IMG/VR virus record: IMGVR_UViG_2693429913_000001
Span: 7,081 to 71,080 of that record
Length of the DNA: 64,000 nucleotides
Direction: 5' to 3' (one strand)
Source: a virus
Taxonomy: Duplodnaviria; Caudoviricetes
Shown: positions 27,496-37,467 of the stretch, one piece after another
How the letters are laid out: every line of letters begins with the position of its first letter
How positions within the stretch are numbered: position 1 is the stretch's first letter
Notes under the pieces: model-generated
Told to the model about the DNA's origin: nothing
Databases searched by the model: none
What the model saw: only the letters and a program-made list of their open reading frames with translations
Made by a program: the position numbers and the translations under genes

Positions 27496-28971
27496 ATGCT
27501 AAATCTTCTTCGAAATGAGTTTAATCAAGCTCAAACCGCAAATGGTGCTGTTTCATATAGAAGTACGGAGTCTACTGTGCTGGACCTTTTCTCTATGGGC
27601 GGAGCATACAGACAACGGAATGATACCGATATTAAAATGTTATTTTCCCAAGCATACGCAGAAGACAAACTATTAACCATGAAGACCCTCTTCTATCTTC
27701 GGGATATCCGTGGTGGTCAGGGTGAAAGACGATTTTTTAGATTATCGTTGGAGCATCTTGCACTACATGATCGAGATGTGCTATTAAAAAATCTCCATCT
27801 AATCCCTAAGTTCGGTCGCTGGGATGATCTATGGGGACTACTAGAAACACCATTAGGACAAGAAGTCGTTGCTATAGTGAAAAGCCAACTAAACATAGAT
27901 CGATCATCTGCTATGCCAAGCTTACTTGGTAAGTGGATGCCGAGTGAAAATGCTTCTTCCCGTATAACAAAAAAATACGGAAAAATACTACGTGAATCAC
28001 TTGGCTATTCTTCTAAAACTTATCGGAAGACGTTATCCGACCTTCGTAAGAGGATCGATATTGTTGAAAATAAGATGAGTTCCAAGCATTGGCATGAGGT
28101 TGAATACGACAAACTGCCTTCCAAAGCAGGATTGATTTATCGAGATGCTTTCTATCGACACGATGAAGAGCGATATCGATCCTATCTTGACAACTTAAAA
28201 CAAGGGAAAACAAAAGTAAATGCTAACACCTTGTACCCTCACGAAATTGTTGGAAAAATCCTAGATAGTGAAAGATATCGTTACTGGAGTTCCTCAGATC
28301 CACTCACCCCACAGGATATTCAACTATTTGAAGCGCAATGGAGCGCACTACCTGATTTTATTGGTGAAAAGAGCGAAGACTCACTCGTCATGGCAGATTG
28401 TTCAGCCAGTATGATGGGGACCCCCTTGAATGTCGCCATCTCCTTAGCGATGTATATCGCAGAACGCAACAAAGGAGCCTTTAAGGACCACTTTATGAGT
28501 TTCTCCTCTCGCCCCAATCTAGTTAAAATCCAAGGGAATAACATCGTTAATAAAGTAACGAATATTTCTAAACACAACTTCGTGGAATCCACCAATATCG
28601 AATCAGCATTAAGCGTAATCCTCCAAACTGCTATTCGAAATAAGCTCCCCAAAACAGACATGATCAGAAAGCTATATATCATCTCGGACATGCAGTTCGA
28701 TGTTGCAACGGAAGGCGCAGAAGTTCATATCTTCAGGAGCATGGAGCGCAAATTTGTAGAAGCAGGCTACGATCTACCAAATCTAGTTTTCTGGAATGTA
28801 AACGCATTTACTACGAACGTTCCATTCACGATGAATGAACAAGGCGTACAACTTGTCTCAGGCTTCTCGCCGAGTATATTGAAGCATCTCATGAATGCTA
28901 GAGAGCAAACACCTTATTCATGGATGTTAGAAGTGATTCAGTCTGAAAGATATGCGGAGGTCAGTGTGTAA
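27496..28971 (+). CDS. DUF2828-family TROVE-like helical + vWA domain protein
   Basis: Real start ATG 27496 after AAGGGA; TANGAVSY.ST...LDLF, FYLRDIRGGQGER, FGRWDDL, LGKWMPSE, LYPHEIV, MIDAS-like DCSASM, ISDMQFD, VFWNV, VSGFSP. Confidence 0.85.
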   Translation: MLNLLRNEFNQAQTANGAVSYRSTESTVLDLFSMGGAYRQRNDTDIKMLFSQAYAEDKLLTMKTLFYLRDIRGGQGERRFFRLSLEHLALHDRDVLLKNLHLIPKFGRWDDLWGLLETPLGQEVVAIVKSQLNIDRSSAMPSLLGKWMPSENASSRITKKYGKILRESLGYSSKTYRKTLSDLRKRIDIVENKMSSKHWHEVEYDKLPSKAGLIYRDAFYRHDEERYRSYLDNLKQGKTKVNANTLYPHEIVGKILDSERYRYWSSSDPLTPQDIQLFEAQWSALPDFIGEKSEDSLVMADCSASMMGTPLNVAISLAMYIAERNKGAFKDHFMSFSSRPNLVKIQGNNIVNKVTNISKHNFVESTNIESALSVILQTAIRNKLPKTDMIRKLYIISDMQFDVATEGAEVHIFRSMERKFVEAGYDLPNLVFWNVNAFTTNVPFTMNEQGVQLVSGFSPSILKHLMNAREQTPYSWMLEVIQSERYAEVSV

Positions 28972-29017
28972 AAGCACCTCCTCCTTTTTGAATCTAATGA
29001 GAATGAGGTTGAACAAT

Positions 29018-29188
29018 ATGGCTAAACGTACCAATAAATTTTCTGCAAAAGGTGAATTGGCAATAGAAGAAGGAAAGATTTATGAACTAAAGAAAGACGA
29101 GATGATTGAAGTCCCCTTCTTCAATATCTTAAAAGAGTTTGATGGTAAAACTGTCACTGTCTCCATTTCAGAAGAGATCGAGATTTAA
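29018..29188 (+). CDS. yonK: YonK-like small protein
   Basis: MAKRTNKFSAKG...ILKEFDGKTVTVSISEE; RBS GAGGT; start refined from the track ORF 28952. Confidence 0.75.
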   Translation: MAKRTNKFSAKGELAIEEGKIYELKKDEMIEVPFFNILKEFDGKTVTVSISEEIEI

Positions 29189-29241
29189 CATCGATATATC
29201 TTCTCTATTGTCCATGTCAGAGATAAAAAGGAGGATTTTCC

Positions 29242-30516
29242 TTGCGAAGCTTTACGAATCAAGATGGTGAAAAAATTATAGTTAGTAAAGATCACCTAGA
29301 GACAGCCGTTCGAGTAAAAAAAGAACTTCAGAAAGCCTCTCCCTCTCGAAGGTGTTCATGGAATCTACTCGCATCACTTATGCAGAAGGAAGGCTTTCCA
29401 GAAGCTGAAAACTCCGAATCGTACCGATGTCTCATCAAAGCTTATCAAAAAGAGATTGGCGAGCTTCCTGAAGTAGCCAAACACGCCGATATGGTGGCGA
29501 GTTCAAAGTTAGAATCGATTAAAGAACTCGTTGGAGAAATCCAATACGAGAAACAAGAAAATATCCAGTACTTGCGACAAATCAACAAAGGCAAACGAGA
29601 ACTCATCAACTTCTCCCTTATCGCAGAACAAATACGAGATGCATTTCAAAACTACGACTTCTCCTCCCTTCAATTCAGCCATTCTCCTCCTAAATCAATC
29701 ACTCAGAAGAAAATGGTTGTATGTTTGTCGGATTTGCACATTGGGGCCCAATTCGAAAATAAATTCAACTCTTACAGTTACGACATAGCGAAAAATCGAT
29801 TGGAAAAATACTTACATAAGGTCGTTGAAGAATGTAACATACATAAGGTTCAAGAAGTATTAGTCGTCAACTTAGGAGATGTGATCGAGCACAGCTATAT
29901 GCACAATCTCGGGTTTAATACCGAGTTCTCCATGTCAGAACAGATCGTTCGAGCTACCGATCTAATCATCAAGTTTTTGATCGGATTAAGTAGTCAGGTT
30001 CCGATCGTTAGATACGCTGGAATAGCTGGGAATCATGATCGAATCCATGAAAATAAGGATAAGAACTTAGATGGAGATCATGTTGTAAAAGCGATCAATT
30101 ATTCCATCAAAGAGTTTATCGCCAATGCTCAAATCCAAAATATCCTCTATGAACAAGCAAAGGATTATGACTACTCCACTCAGATTCATGGTCGATATAT
30201 CAAGTTCATTCACGGAGATCGAGATTCGATGAAGGATGAAGCATTAATCGCTCGACACTCTCTCATCGATAATATCGGATATGATCTCATTGTAATGGGG
30301 CACTATCACAATCACCGAGAAATCGAAGTAGGGATTGATAAACGAATTGCTGTCTTTGGCTCTTTGAAAGGGGTAGACGACTATGCGATGAGGATTCGAA
30401 AACTCTCGGCTCCCTCACAAGGAATCATCATCATTGATGAAACGGGCGAGATTGTTATTAAGCGAATCGAGTTAGGAACCAAATCCATACAAAACTCAAT
30501 CACCATTGCAACTTAA
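29242..30516 (+). CDS. calcineurin-like metallophosphoesterase (YonJ-like)
   Basis: SDLHIG, LGDVIE, AGNHDR, IHGD, MGHYH motifs. Confidence 0.85.
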   Translation: MRSFTNQDGEKIIVSKDHLETAVRVKKELQKASPSRRCSWNLLASLMQKEGFPEAENSESYRCLIKAYQKEIGELPEVAKHADMVASSKLESIKELVGEIQYEKQENIQYLRQINKGKRELINFSLIAEQIRDAFQNYDFSSLQFSHSPPKSITQKKMVVCLSDLHIGAQFENKFNSYSYDIAKNRLEKYLHKVVEECNIHKVQEVLVVNLGDVIEHSYMHNLGFNTEFSMSEQIVRATDLIIKFLIGLSSQVPIVRYAGIAGNHDRIHENKDKNLDGDHVVKAINYSIKEFIANAQIQNILYEQAKDYDYSTQIHGRYIKFIHGDRDSMKDEALIARHSLIDNIGYDLIVMGHYHNHREIEVGIDKRIAVFGSLKGVDDYAMRIRKLSAPSQGIIIIDETGEIVIKRIELGTKSIQNSITIAT

Positions 30517-30521
30517 TAAGG

Positions 30522-31484
30522 GTGTCTAGAATGAGTAAAAAAACAACGAAGACTACGAATCTTACCAAGAAAAAATGTAAAGCTTGTAACAAAGAAAAAA
30601 CCACAACCTACTTTTACAAGATAGATAGTCCACTCTTCCCTGACGGAATGATGACCATTTGCCGTGATTGTGTTCGCAAAACAGTCGATGTGGAAGATAT
30701 CGAACAAGTCATACTCTTTTTAAGGCAAATCGATAAGCCTTTTATCAAAAGCTATTGGAATGAGGCATTGCAGACCAACAAACATCCATTAGGTGAATAT
30801 ATCCGAAAGATAAATTCCTTACATCAAATTCGAGACAAAACGTTTAAGAACAGTGACGGAATGAGCGATATGGGTAAAATTGAATTGCATACCATTCAAG
30901 AACTCGAAAATGTGAAAGGGGAAATGATTGTTTACTCCGATACTCTCATTGATAAATGGGGAATCGGATATGCAAAACATGAATATCTAAAAATGGAAAA
31001 GTTCGAGCAAGATATGCGACTCACCCATGAAATCCATACCCCCATTCATGTTGATATGCTTACACAACTAGCTTATATGTCCGTGGAACGAGATCGTTTG
31101 AGACAAGAAGGGGATTGGGGCAACTACGCTCGGCTTTCCAAAACCATTGAGGAAATGACAAAATCGGCAGGCTTCCGACCTGTAGATCGTCAAGGAACTG
31201 ATGAAGCCACAGGACTTAAAAGTTTCTCACAGATTTTCGAAGAGGTTGAAAAACGTGGGTTTCGAAAACCTCCACCACTTGAATTCCGTGAAGATATCGT
31301 CGATGCTATGATCCTTTCCTTGTCCAATTACTATCATCGATTAGTGGGCAAACAGATTCTAACTGATATCCCTGAAGAGATGAAACAAGAGCTGGATGCA
31401 TTTTTCGAAGAGGATCTCACCCCTGTAGACTTAGAAGCGAATGAATATGAAGAGCTGGATTTTAGCGTGGGTGATGATGCCTAA
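30522..31484 (+). CDS. YonG-like protein (candidate terminase small subunit)
   Basis: N-terminal CKAC...CRDC Zn finger; immediately precedes the large terminase. Confidence 0.6.
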   Translation: MSRMSKKTTKTTNLTKKKCKACNKEKTTTYFYKIDSPLFPDGMMTICRDCVRKTVDVEDIEQVILFLRQIDKPFIKSYWNEALQTNKHPLGEYIRKINSLHQIRDKTFKNSDGMSDMGKIELHTIQELENVKGEMIVYSDTLIDKWGIGYAKHEYLKMEKFEQDMRLTHEIHTPIHVDMLTQLAYMSVERDRLRQEGDWGNYARLSKTIEEMTKSAGFRPVDRQGTDEATGLKSFSQIFEEVEKRGFRKPPPLEFREDIVDAMILSLSNYYHRLVGKQILTDIPEEMKQELDAFFEEDLTPVDLEANEYEELDFSVGDDA

Positions 31485-33184
31485 TGTCTAAGTGGAAAAA
31501 CTGGAGCGAATTAGAGAATGTAAAAGGAACAAATATCCGAAATCTTACCTCCATGCTCCCTGATTTTGCAGATATGTTAGCCTATTTTCAAGTCTATCCA
31601 GATCGTTTCATTGACTATATCAAAGATCCAGATAGTACATTCGAACTATACCCATTCCAACGAATCTTCTTGCGAATTATGGCTAGACATAAAAAAACGT
31701 ACATTACCGCCACTCGTGGAACATCCAAATCCTTCCTCAATATCCTCTCGATGTACTTGAAGTGTATTTTCTTCCCCAATATCAAACTGTCTCTTGTTGC
31801 TCCCCAAAAAGATCAAGCTTCGCAAATCGCCCAGCAAAATATCGAAGCAATCTGGAACTTCCTTCCTATCTTAGAGAAAGAAGTGAAATCCAAAACATTT
31901 GCGAAAGACTTTACTAGGCTAAAGTTCAAAAATGGAAGCGTACTCGATATCGTAGTATGTTCGCAAGGATCTCGTGGTCTTCGTAGGCACGGACTCAGCT
32001 TCGAGGAAATTGTACAAATGGAAAAACATCGTGAGGTTATTGGAGAAGTACTACTTCCCTTGCTCGCCAACAACCGAAAAGGCGCAGATGGTAAAGTTTC
32101 CAAACATGAGATCCATAAACAGCTAACATACATCACCACCGCCTCCTCCAGACAGTCCTACGCTTGGGAACAGTTATTCGCAGTCATGTTAGATATGGCT
32201 CGTGGAAGATCCGCCTTTGTAATCGGTAACGATTTTGAACTCCCTGTCATGTTTGACCAGCTCGACCCTGACTACATCGAAGAAGTAAAAGTAGACCCTT
32301 CTATGTCCCCTCTCCAATTTGCTAGAGAATACATATCGGTCTGGACAGGCTCTAGCGAAAATAGTTTGGTTCAACTGAAGGACTTGGAGAAGTGTCGAGT
32401 ATTACCGAAAGCTGAATTTGTGGCTAGTAAGGGTGATCACCAATATGTGGTCTCAGTCGATGTAGCTCGCTCGGAACGAAAAAATACTGCTACTACAGCC
32501 ATTGCCATCTTCAAGCTAATCCCTCGTGGAAATGGAACCTACTTCAAACAGTTAGTCAACGTCCATACTTACAAGGGCAACATGCACTTTGAGGATCAGT
32601 CGATTTATATTAAAGAACTAGTGGATAAGTATCGTGCCTCCGCAGTCATCATTGATGGCAACGGGTTAGGTCGTGGTCTCATCGATTATCTGGTTAAAGA
32701 AGATCGATATCCTTCTTACTCGGTCGTCAACGATAACTCCTATGACAAATATAAACTTCCTAACTCCCTCCCTCTTATCTTCAATGTCATGTCCAATACC
32801 AAACAAACAAACGCTTCCGACATGCACAACAATTTTATGACCGTGATTTCGAACCATGATTTAAAGCTTCTGGTATCCGATTCTACTGTCAAAGAAAAAT
32901 CTCGAGAAAAAGATTATGAGAAACTAGCCGAACAATTACTACCTCATATTGAGACAAGCTTATTTGTCGATGAAGTAATGAACCTCACTTATGTAGCCGA
33001 AGGAAACAAGACCAGAATCAAACGAGTCTCAAAACAAATGGATAAAGACCGTTATTCTGCCGTTTCTTATGGACTATGGTATATCTATCTAGAGGAAAAG
33101 AAGAATCAACAAAAAAAGCGACAAATCCTTGATGTAGCTGGGTTTCTGGCTATCAAGCAAGGAAGATACAAAGTTTGGGACTAA
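31484..33184 (+). CDS. terminase large subunit (YonF-like)
   Basis: LYPFQR, ATRGTSKS Walker A, RGLRR, ITTAS, FAREY, VSVDVAR, IDGNGLG, KDRYSA. Confidence 0.92.
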   Translation: MSKWKNWSELENVKGTNIRNLTSMLPDFADMLAYFQVYPDRFIDYIKDPDSTFELYPFQRIFLRIMARHKKTYITATRGTSKSFLNILSMYLKCIFFPNIKLSLVAPQKDQASQIAQQNIEAIWNFLPILEKEVKSKTFAKDFTRLKFKNGSVLDIVVCSQGSRGLRRHGLSFEEIVQMEKHREVIGEVLLPLLANNRKGADGKVSKHEIHKQLTYITTASSRQSYAWEQLFAVMLDMARGRSAFVIGNDFELPVMFDQLDPDYIEEVKVDPSMSPLQFAREYISVWTGSSENSLVQLKDLEKCRVLPKAEFVASKGDHQYVVSVDVARSERKNTATTAIAIFKLIPRGNGTYFKQLVNVHTYKGNMHFEDQSIYIKELVDKYRASAVIIDGNGLGRGLIDYLVKEDRYPSYSVVNDNSYDKYKLPNSLPLIFNVMSNTKQTNASDMHNNFMTVISNHDLKLLVSDSTVKEKSREKDYEKLAEQLLPHIETSLFVDEVMNLTYVAEGNKTRIKRVSKQMDKDRYSAVSYGLWYIYLEEKKNQQKKRQILDVAGFLAIKQGRYKVWD

Positions 33185-33188
33185 GGAG

Positions 33189-34691
33189 GTGGTTCAACCT
33201 ATGAGTGAGCAGATGAATGTGAAACAAAGAGAAAGTGCCATGGCATTTAGTCACTTTGATTTTGCAAAATTGATATTAAATGATGTATCCAAATCGAATG
33301 AAGGCCGCTCTTTCCTGAAGAAATATACACAAAGTGAAGTTCGGGAGTTAATCGAGGGGTATCAACTTCCTAAGAATCAAGAAAAACTCCGAGAAATCTC
33401 GCGAATTCTTTGGTCAAAAAGCGGACATTATCAGAGACTCATTCATTATTTTGCAGGGATGCCACTCTTCCCCTGTGTCATCACTCCGATAAAAAATATC
33501 CGTCTTCTTAATCAGGACAAGGTGTTGAAACAGTATACACAAATTGGAGAACTCCTCAAAATGATGAATCTGAAACATGAGATGGCCAAGGGGCTCCAAG
33601 TTGCCTTCCGAGAAGATGCTTTCTTCGGCTATGTCCATCGGGATAAAAAGTCGTTCTATATCCAGCTCATGCCACCAGAGATGTGTAAGATCACGTCCAT
33701 TGAGGATGGATGTTTCAACTATAGTATCGACATGAAGATCTTTGAAAAAAACGAGACGAAACTACTCTCCTATGCCAATGAGATCCAACAAAAATATCAA
33801 GCTTGGAAGTTTTTAAAAAAGAAGAATCCCCGTATCAGTGAGTGGGTAGAGCTTGATCCCACCAACACCATCGCTATCAAAGTAAATGAAGAAATGATCG
33901 AGTCTCTCCCACCCTTTGTGAGTGTCTTCGATTCCGTATTTGATATTGATGCCTTCAAAAAGCTTCGGAAGGATCGAGAAGAGGTCGGTAACTACATGGC
34001 AGTCTCCCAACAACTTCCGATCCGAACCGATAGCGAAAATAATAACGATTTCCTCATCGATAAAGAATACATGACCTTGTTCCACAACATGATTGCTGAC
34101 CATGCTCCTGAAAATGTGGGGGTGTTCACTTCCCCTATGAAATTAGATGTCCTTCGTTTCGATAAGGACAAAGCAGGAAGTGATGGTGTGGCGGAAGCTC
34201 AACAAAACTTTTGGACTGCTTCTGGAATCTCTTCCCTCCTGTTCAACTCAGATAAATCTACCTCTCAAGGTTTATTGATGAGTATTAAAACAGATGAAGA
34301 GATTGTATTCAAGCTACTTGTTCAGATTGAAAGATGGTTGAACCGTTTTTTGAAGTTTTTGTATCGAGACCTTCTCTTTCATGTAAGTATTTTGCCCGTT
34401 ACGATCTTCAATCAACAAGATATGTACAAGATGTATCTGGAAGTAAGCCAATATGGGGTTCCCATCAAAAACCATCTCTGTGCAACGGTCGGATTATCGC
34501 CAATCGAAACGATGAATATGGCTTACCTTGAAAACGATCTTCTGGAACTCCATGATAAATTCATCCCACTACTCTCCTCTCATACCATGTCTCCTGATGA
34601 ACTGAAAAATGAAGGTCGTCCTCCCGCAGAATCCAATGAAATTTCCGATGAGGGTTCCCGATCACAAGATAAACCTAATAAATCCTTATAG
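33189..34691 (+). CDS. portal protein (YonE-like)
   Basis: 500 aa after the terminase; SGISSLLFNS, IERWLNR, PLLSSHT..EGRP C-terminus. Confidence 0.8.
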   Translation: MVQPMSEQMNVKQRESAMAFSHFDFAKLILNDVSKSNEGRSFLKKYTQSEVRELIEGYQLPKNQEKLREISRILWSKSGHYQRLIHYFAGMPLFPCVITPIKNIRLLNQDKVLKQYTQIGELLKMMNLKHEMAKGLQVAFREDAFFGYVHRDKKSFYIQLMPPEMCKITSIEDGCFNYSIDMKIFEKNETKLLSYANEIQQKYQAWKFLKKKNPRISEWVELDPTNTIAIKVNEEMIESLPPFVSVFDSVFDIDAFKKLRKDREEVGNYMAVSQQLPIRTDSENNNDFLIDKEYMTLFHNMIADHAPENVGVFTSPMKLDVLRFDKDKAGSDGVAEAQQNFWTASGISSLLFNSDKSTSQGLLMSIKTDEEIVFKLLVQIERWLNRFLKFLYRDLLFHVSILPVTIFNQQDMYKMYLEVSQYGVPIKNHLCATVGLSPIETMNMAYLENDLLELHDKFIPLLSSHTMSPDELKNEGRPPAESNEISDEGSRSQDKPNKSL

Positions 34692-34712
34692 TGGGAAGGT
34701 GGTGAAATCCCA

Positions 34713-35861
34713 ATGAAATACTTTCACTGTGATATCAGCCAAATCACTCCGATCAATCCTCAATTCTCAAGCTGTAAAGTTCGAGTCTTGCATACGGGGA
34801 AGAATCAAAACCTGTCCCTGATCTCCAAAGAAGCCATTACAAGAGCTCTCCCTACTTTGCGAAATATCCCCATCGTTGGAGAGTTTCTAGAAGAGAACGA
34901 TGACTTTGGTGGTCATGGAGGAACCATTGATTTAGATACATATAAGTACATTCATACAACCAAACCTTATGGAGTCGTCCCTGAATCCGCTACCTTTGAG
35001 TGGGAGCATGTCAAAGGAGAAGATGGCTATACCCGTGAGTACCTTACCATCCACGGTTGTTATTTATGGACGGGTCGCTATGAAGAAACAAACCATATTC
35101 TGGAACAAATGAAAGGTCAATCGATGGAAATCGAGGTGACAAATAGCACTTGGAACAGCTCAGAAGAGACTTACGAAATCCACGATTTTATTTTTTCAGC
35201 TCTCTGTATCCTCGGAGATAGAGTCTCTCCTGCATTCCCTGAAGCCGTTATTACAAGCAGTCGTCCCTTTAAACAGGAATTCTCTCTGATGATGAAAGAA
35301 CTACATTTCTCTTTATCCCCTAACGAGGAGGTGAATACCACCATGACTACAACGACTTCCGATCTACAAGAAGAAACAATCCTCCACAACGAAACCGAAC
35401 CACAATCGAGTGAACAGACCATAGAGAAGACGGAACAAGTACCTGAGCAGGAGAACCAAGAGGAGACCTCCGAAGAAGTTTTTTCTCCATCCGAAAAGCT
35501 AGAAGAGGAATTCCAAGAATTGAAAGCACGTTATCAATCTCTTCTCCAAGAAGCAAACGAGCTACGTTCTTTTAAACATGAGGTAGAGAAGAACGAACTT
35601 GAAGATAAAGCTACCAGATTGTTTGAGAAGCTCCAATTGGATGATGGAGATCTAAAAGAGATCGATATCCACTCCCTCACGTTCGAACAAATTGAAGAAA
35701 AATGCTATTCGATTTTAGGCCGTAAGATGGCAAACAGCCACTTCACCAAAAAGGATAGTAAAAGTTCTAGACCCACACACTTACCTTTATTTAACGAAGA
35801 AAATCAAGATCAGCCAAATAGTCCTTATGGGAATTTATTTGAGAAGTACTGGAGGAATTAA
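34713..35861 (+). CDS. prohead protease/scaffold (YonD-like)
   Basis: HTGKNQNLS.I, NIPIVG, LWTGRY, QSMEI, FSALCILG..PAF protease domain plus acidic coiled-coil C-half. Confidence 0.8.
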   Translation: MKYFHCDISQITPINPQFSSCKVRVLHTGKNQNLSLISKEAITRALPTLRNIPIVGEFLEENDDFGGHGGTIDLDTYKYIHTTKPYGVVPESATFEWEHVKGEDGYTREYLTIHGCYLWTGRYEETNHILEQMKGQSMEIEVTNSTWNSSEETYEIHDFIFSALCILGDRVSPAFPEAVITSSRPFKQEFSLMMKELHFSLSPNEEVNTTMTTTTSDLQEETILHNETEPQSSEQTIEKTEQVPEQENQEETSEEVFSPSEKLEEEFQELKARYQSLLQEANELRSFKHEVEKNELEDKATRLFEKLQLDDGDLKEIDIHSLTFEQIEEKCYSILGRKMANSHFTKKDSKSSRPTHLPLFNEENQDQPNSPYGNLFEKYWRN

Positions 35862-35864
35862 TAT

Positions 35865-36374
35865 ATGGCGATTGTTCGCAAAGACAAGATGTTAGCAAGT
35901 TATAACGGGAACCTCGAAACCGTAAAAATCTTCGGCAATGATGGCAAAGACAAAACATCCACAACCAATGGAGTCTTTGTTGTAGTAGAAGGCTTACTTG
36001 CTGGTGAACGTGAGATCAAGAAAGCTCGCTTAGGAGCAACAAGCGATCATGCGAAAGACTTGTTGCTGGTTCATAATCCAGAAGTCATGTACGATCAACG
36101 ACTAAACAAATTAGATGATTATATCACCCCAACCGATAAAGTAGCTCGTGCCTACCGACTCTATGACGGCGATGTGATCACCCTAACTCAAGACCTGTTC
36201 GCAGAGGCGGTTGCAGTGGGAGACAAGTTGATTATCAAATCCGCTGGGAAATTAGGAAAAGATGCCACCAACCTTCCCAATGCAAAGATCGTTTTCGAGG
36301 TAATAGAAGATTCTGGATACGAGTTACATAAAACGATGAAGTCTTGGGCGGTGCAGATCGTCCGCCAAAAATAA
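35865..36374 (+). CDS. head decoration/capsid-associated protein (YonC-like)
   Basis: Position between scaffold and capsid; 169 aa. Confidence 0.6.
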   Translation: MAIVRKDKMLASYNGNLETVKIFGNDGKDKTSTTNGVFVVVEGLLAGEREIKKARLGATSDHAKDLLLVHNPEVMYDQRLNKLDDYITPTDKVARAYRLYDGDVITLTQDLFAEAVAVGDKLIIKSAGKLGKDATNLPNAKIVFEVIEDSGYELHKTMKSWAVQIVRQK

Positions 36375-36393
36375 TTACGAAACCATACTTGAG

Positions 36394-37407
36394 GTGGATA
36401 CCTATATGCAAAATGAATTAATAAAACTAGGAGTTGATCTCGCCCAAGGGAAGGTCAAGCACTATTCCTCGGACGAAGCAAACTCTACTCTTCGACAAGC
36501 CTTCTTGGATCTCATGGAAGTTTCCGATAATGGAAAAATCGATCGAAAAACGTTCCGTCGACATAAAACAGAGGTCTTCGAAATCCTTGAAGTCATCTTA
36601 GAGGAAGTGGTAAATGAGAGTATCGAAAATCAATTTTCCGATCTCGCAGAGTACCGCAACCTAAAATGGGGAGATGCAAACGAATTCATTGTTCCAGATA
36701 ATGAACTTTTCCGAGTCGCCATTGTCTCGGATGGGAACGGAAACATTCGTAGGCAGAGATTGCGTGACGGTGAAGAGTTCATGGTCAGTTTGGATACTTA
36801 CGCAGTAAAGATTTATGAGGAGTTCCACCGCTTCCTTGCAGGACGTATGGATTGGGTAGCCATGATCAACAAAGTGGCTCAATCCTATCTACTCGATCTA
36901 AACCAGAAAATCTATGATGCCCTATACTCCGCCTATGGCAAATACAATTCCACATATCACAAAACGCTTGCTGGACTAAATTCCACACAAATGGAAGACG
37001 AATTAGTTCAGTTGGCAATGCACATTGAAGCAGTCACGGGCGAAAAAGTAGCTGTGTATGGTTCTAAAATGGCACTTCGAAAGTTTGCCCCTTCTGCTAT
37101 TTCAGAAAACATGAAGGATGCCCGAAACAAGATTGGCTTTTATGGTGAGATTGCAGGAATTGAATTGCGAGAGCTAAAGCAGAGCCATCGTTTTGGTACT
37201 GACGAATTTAGTATCGATAACAACTTTATTTTAATGCTTCCTCAAAACGCTGACCGCATGATCAAAATTGTCAATGAGGGTGAAGCGATCATCCAAGAAA
37301 CCGAAGGCGGAAAACATGCGGATATGAGCCTTGAATACTTAATTGCTCAACGCTTTGGCGTTGGTGTGATCTGTTCCAAAGTATTCGGGTTTATCAAACT
37401 ACAGTAG
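36394..37407 (+). CDS. major capsid protein (YonB-like)
   Basis: 337 aa; VFEILEVIL, NLKWGD.NEF, FLAGRMDW; followed by a hairpin. Confidence 0.8.
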   Translation: MDTYMQNELIKLGVDLAQGKVKHYSSDEANSTLRQAFLDLMEVSDNGKIDRKTFRRHKTEVFEILEVILEEVVNESIENQFSDLAEYRNLKWGDANEFIVPDNELFRVAIVSDGNGNIRRQRLRDGEEFMVSLDTYAVKIYEEFHRFLAGRMDWVAMINKVAQSYLLDLNQKIYDALYSAYGKYNSTYHKTLAGLNSTQMEDELVQLAMHIEAVTGEKVAVYGSKMALRKFAPSAISENMKDARNKIGFYGEIAGIELRELKQSHRFGTDEFSIDNNFILMLPQNADRMIKIVNEGEAIIQETEGGKHADMSLEYLIAQRFGVGVICSKVFGFIKLQ

Positions 37408-37467
37408 AATTTTGGAGGGTCTTCTCTCCCTCCTATTCCACAACAGAAAGGAAGATCAGGAATAACT

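Noticed and set aside
31484-33184. Intein or intron in the terminase (also considered for helicase and RecD2)
   Set aside because: ORFs are of normal length and uninterrupted, with no splice-junction or LAGLIDADG motifs seen.
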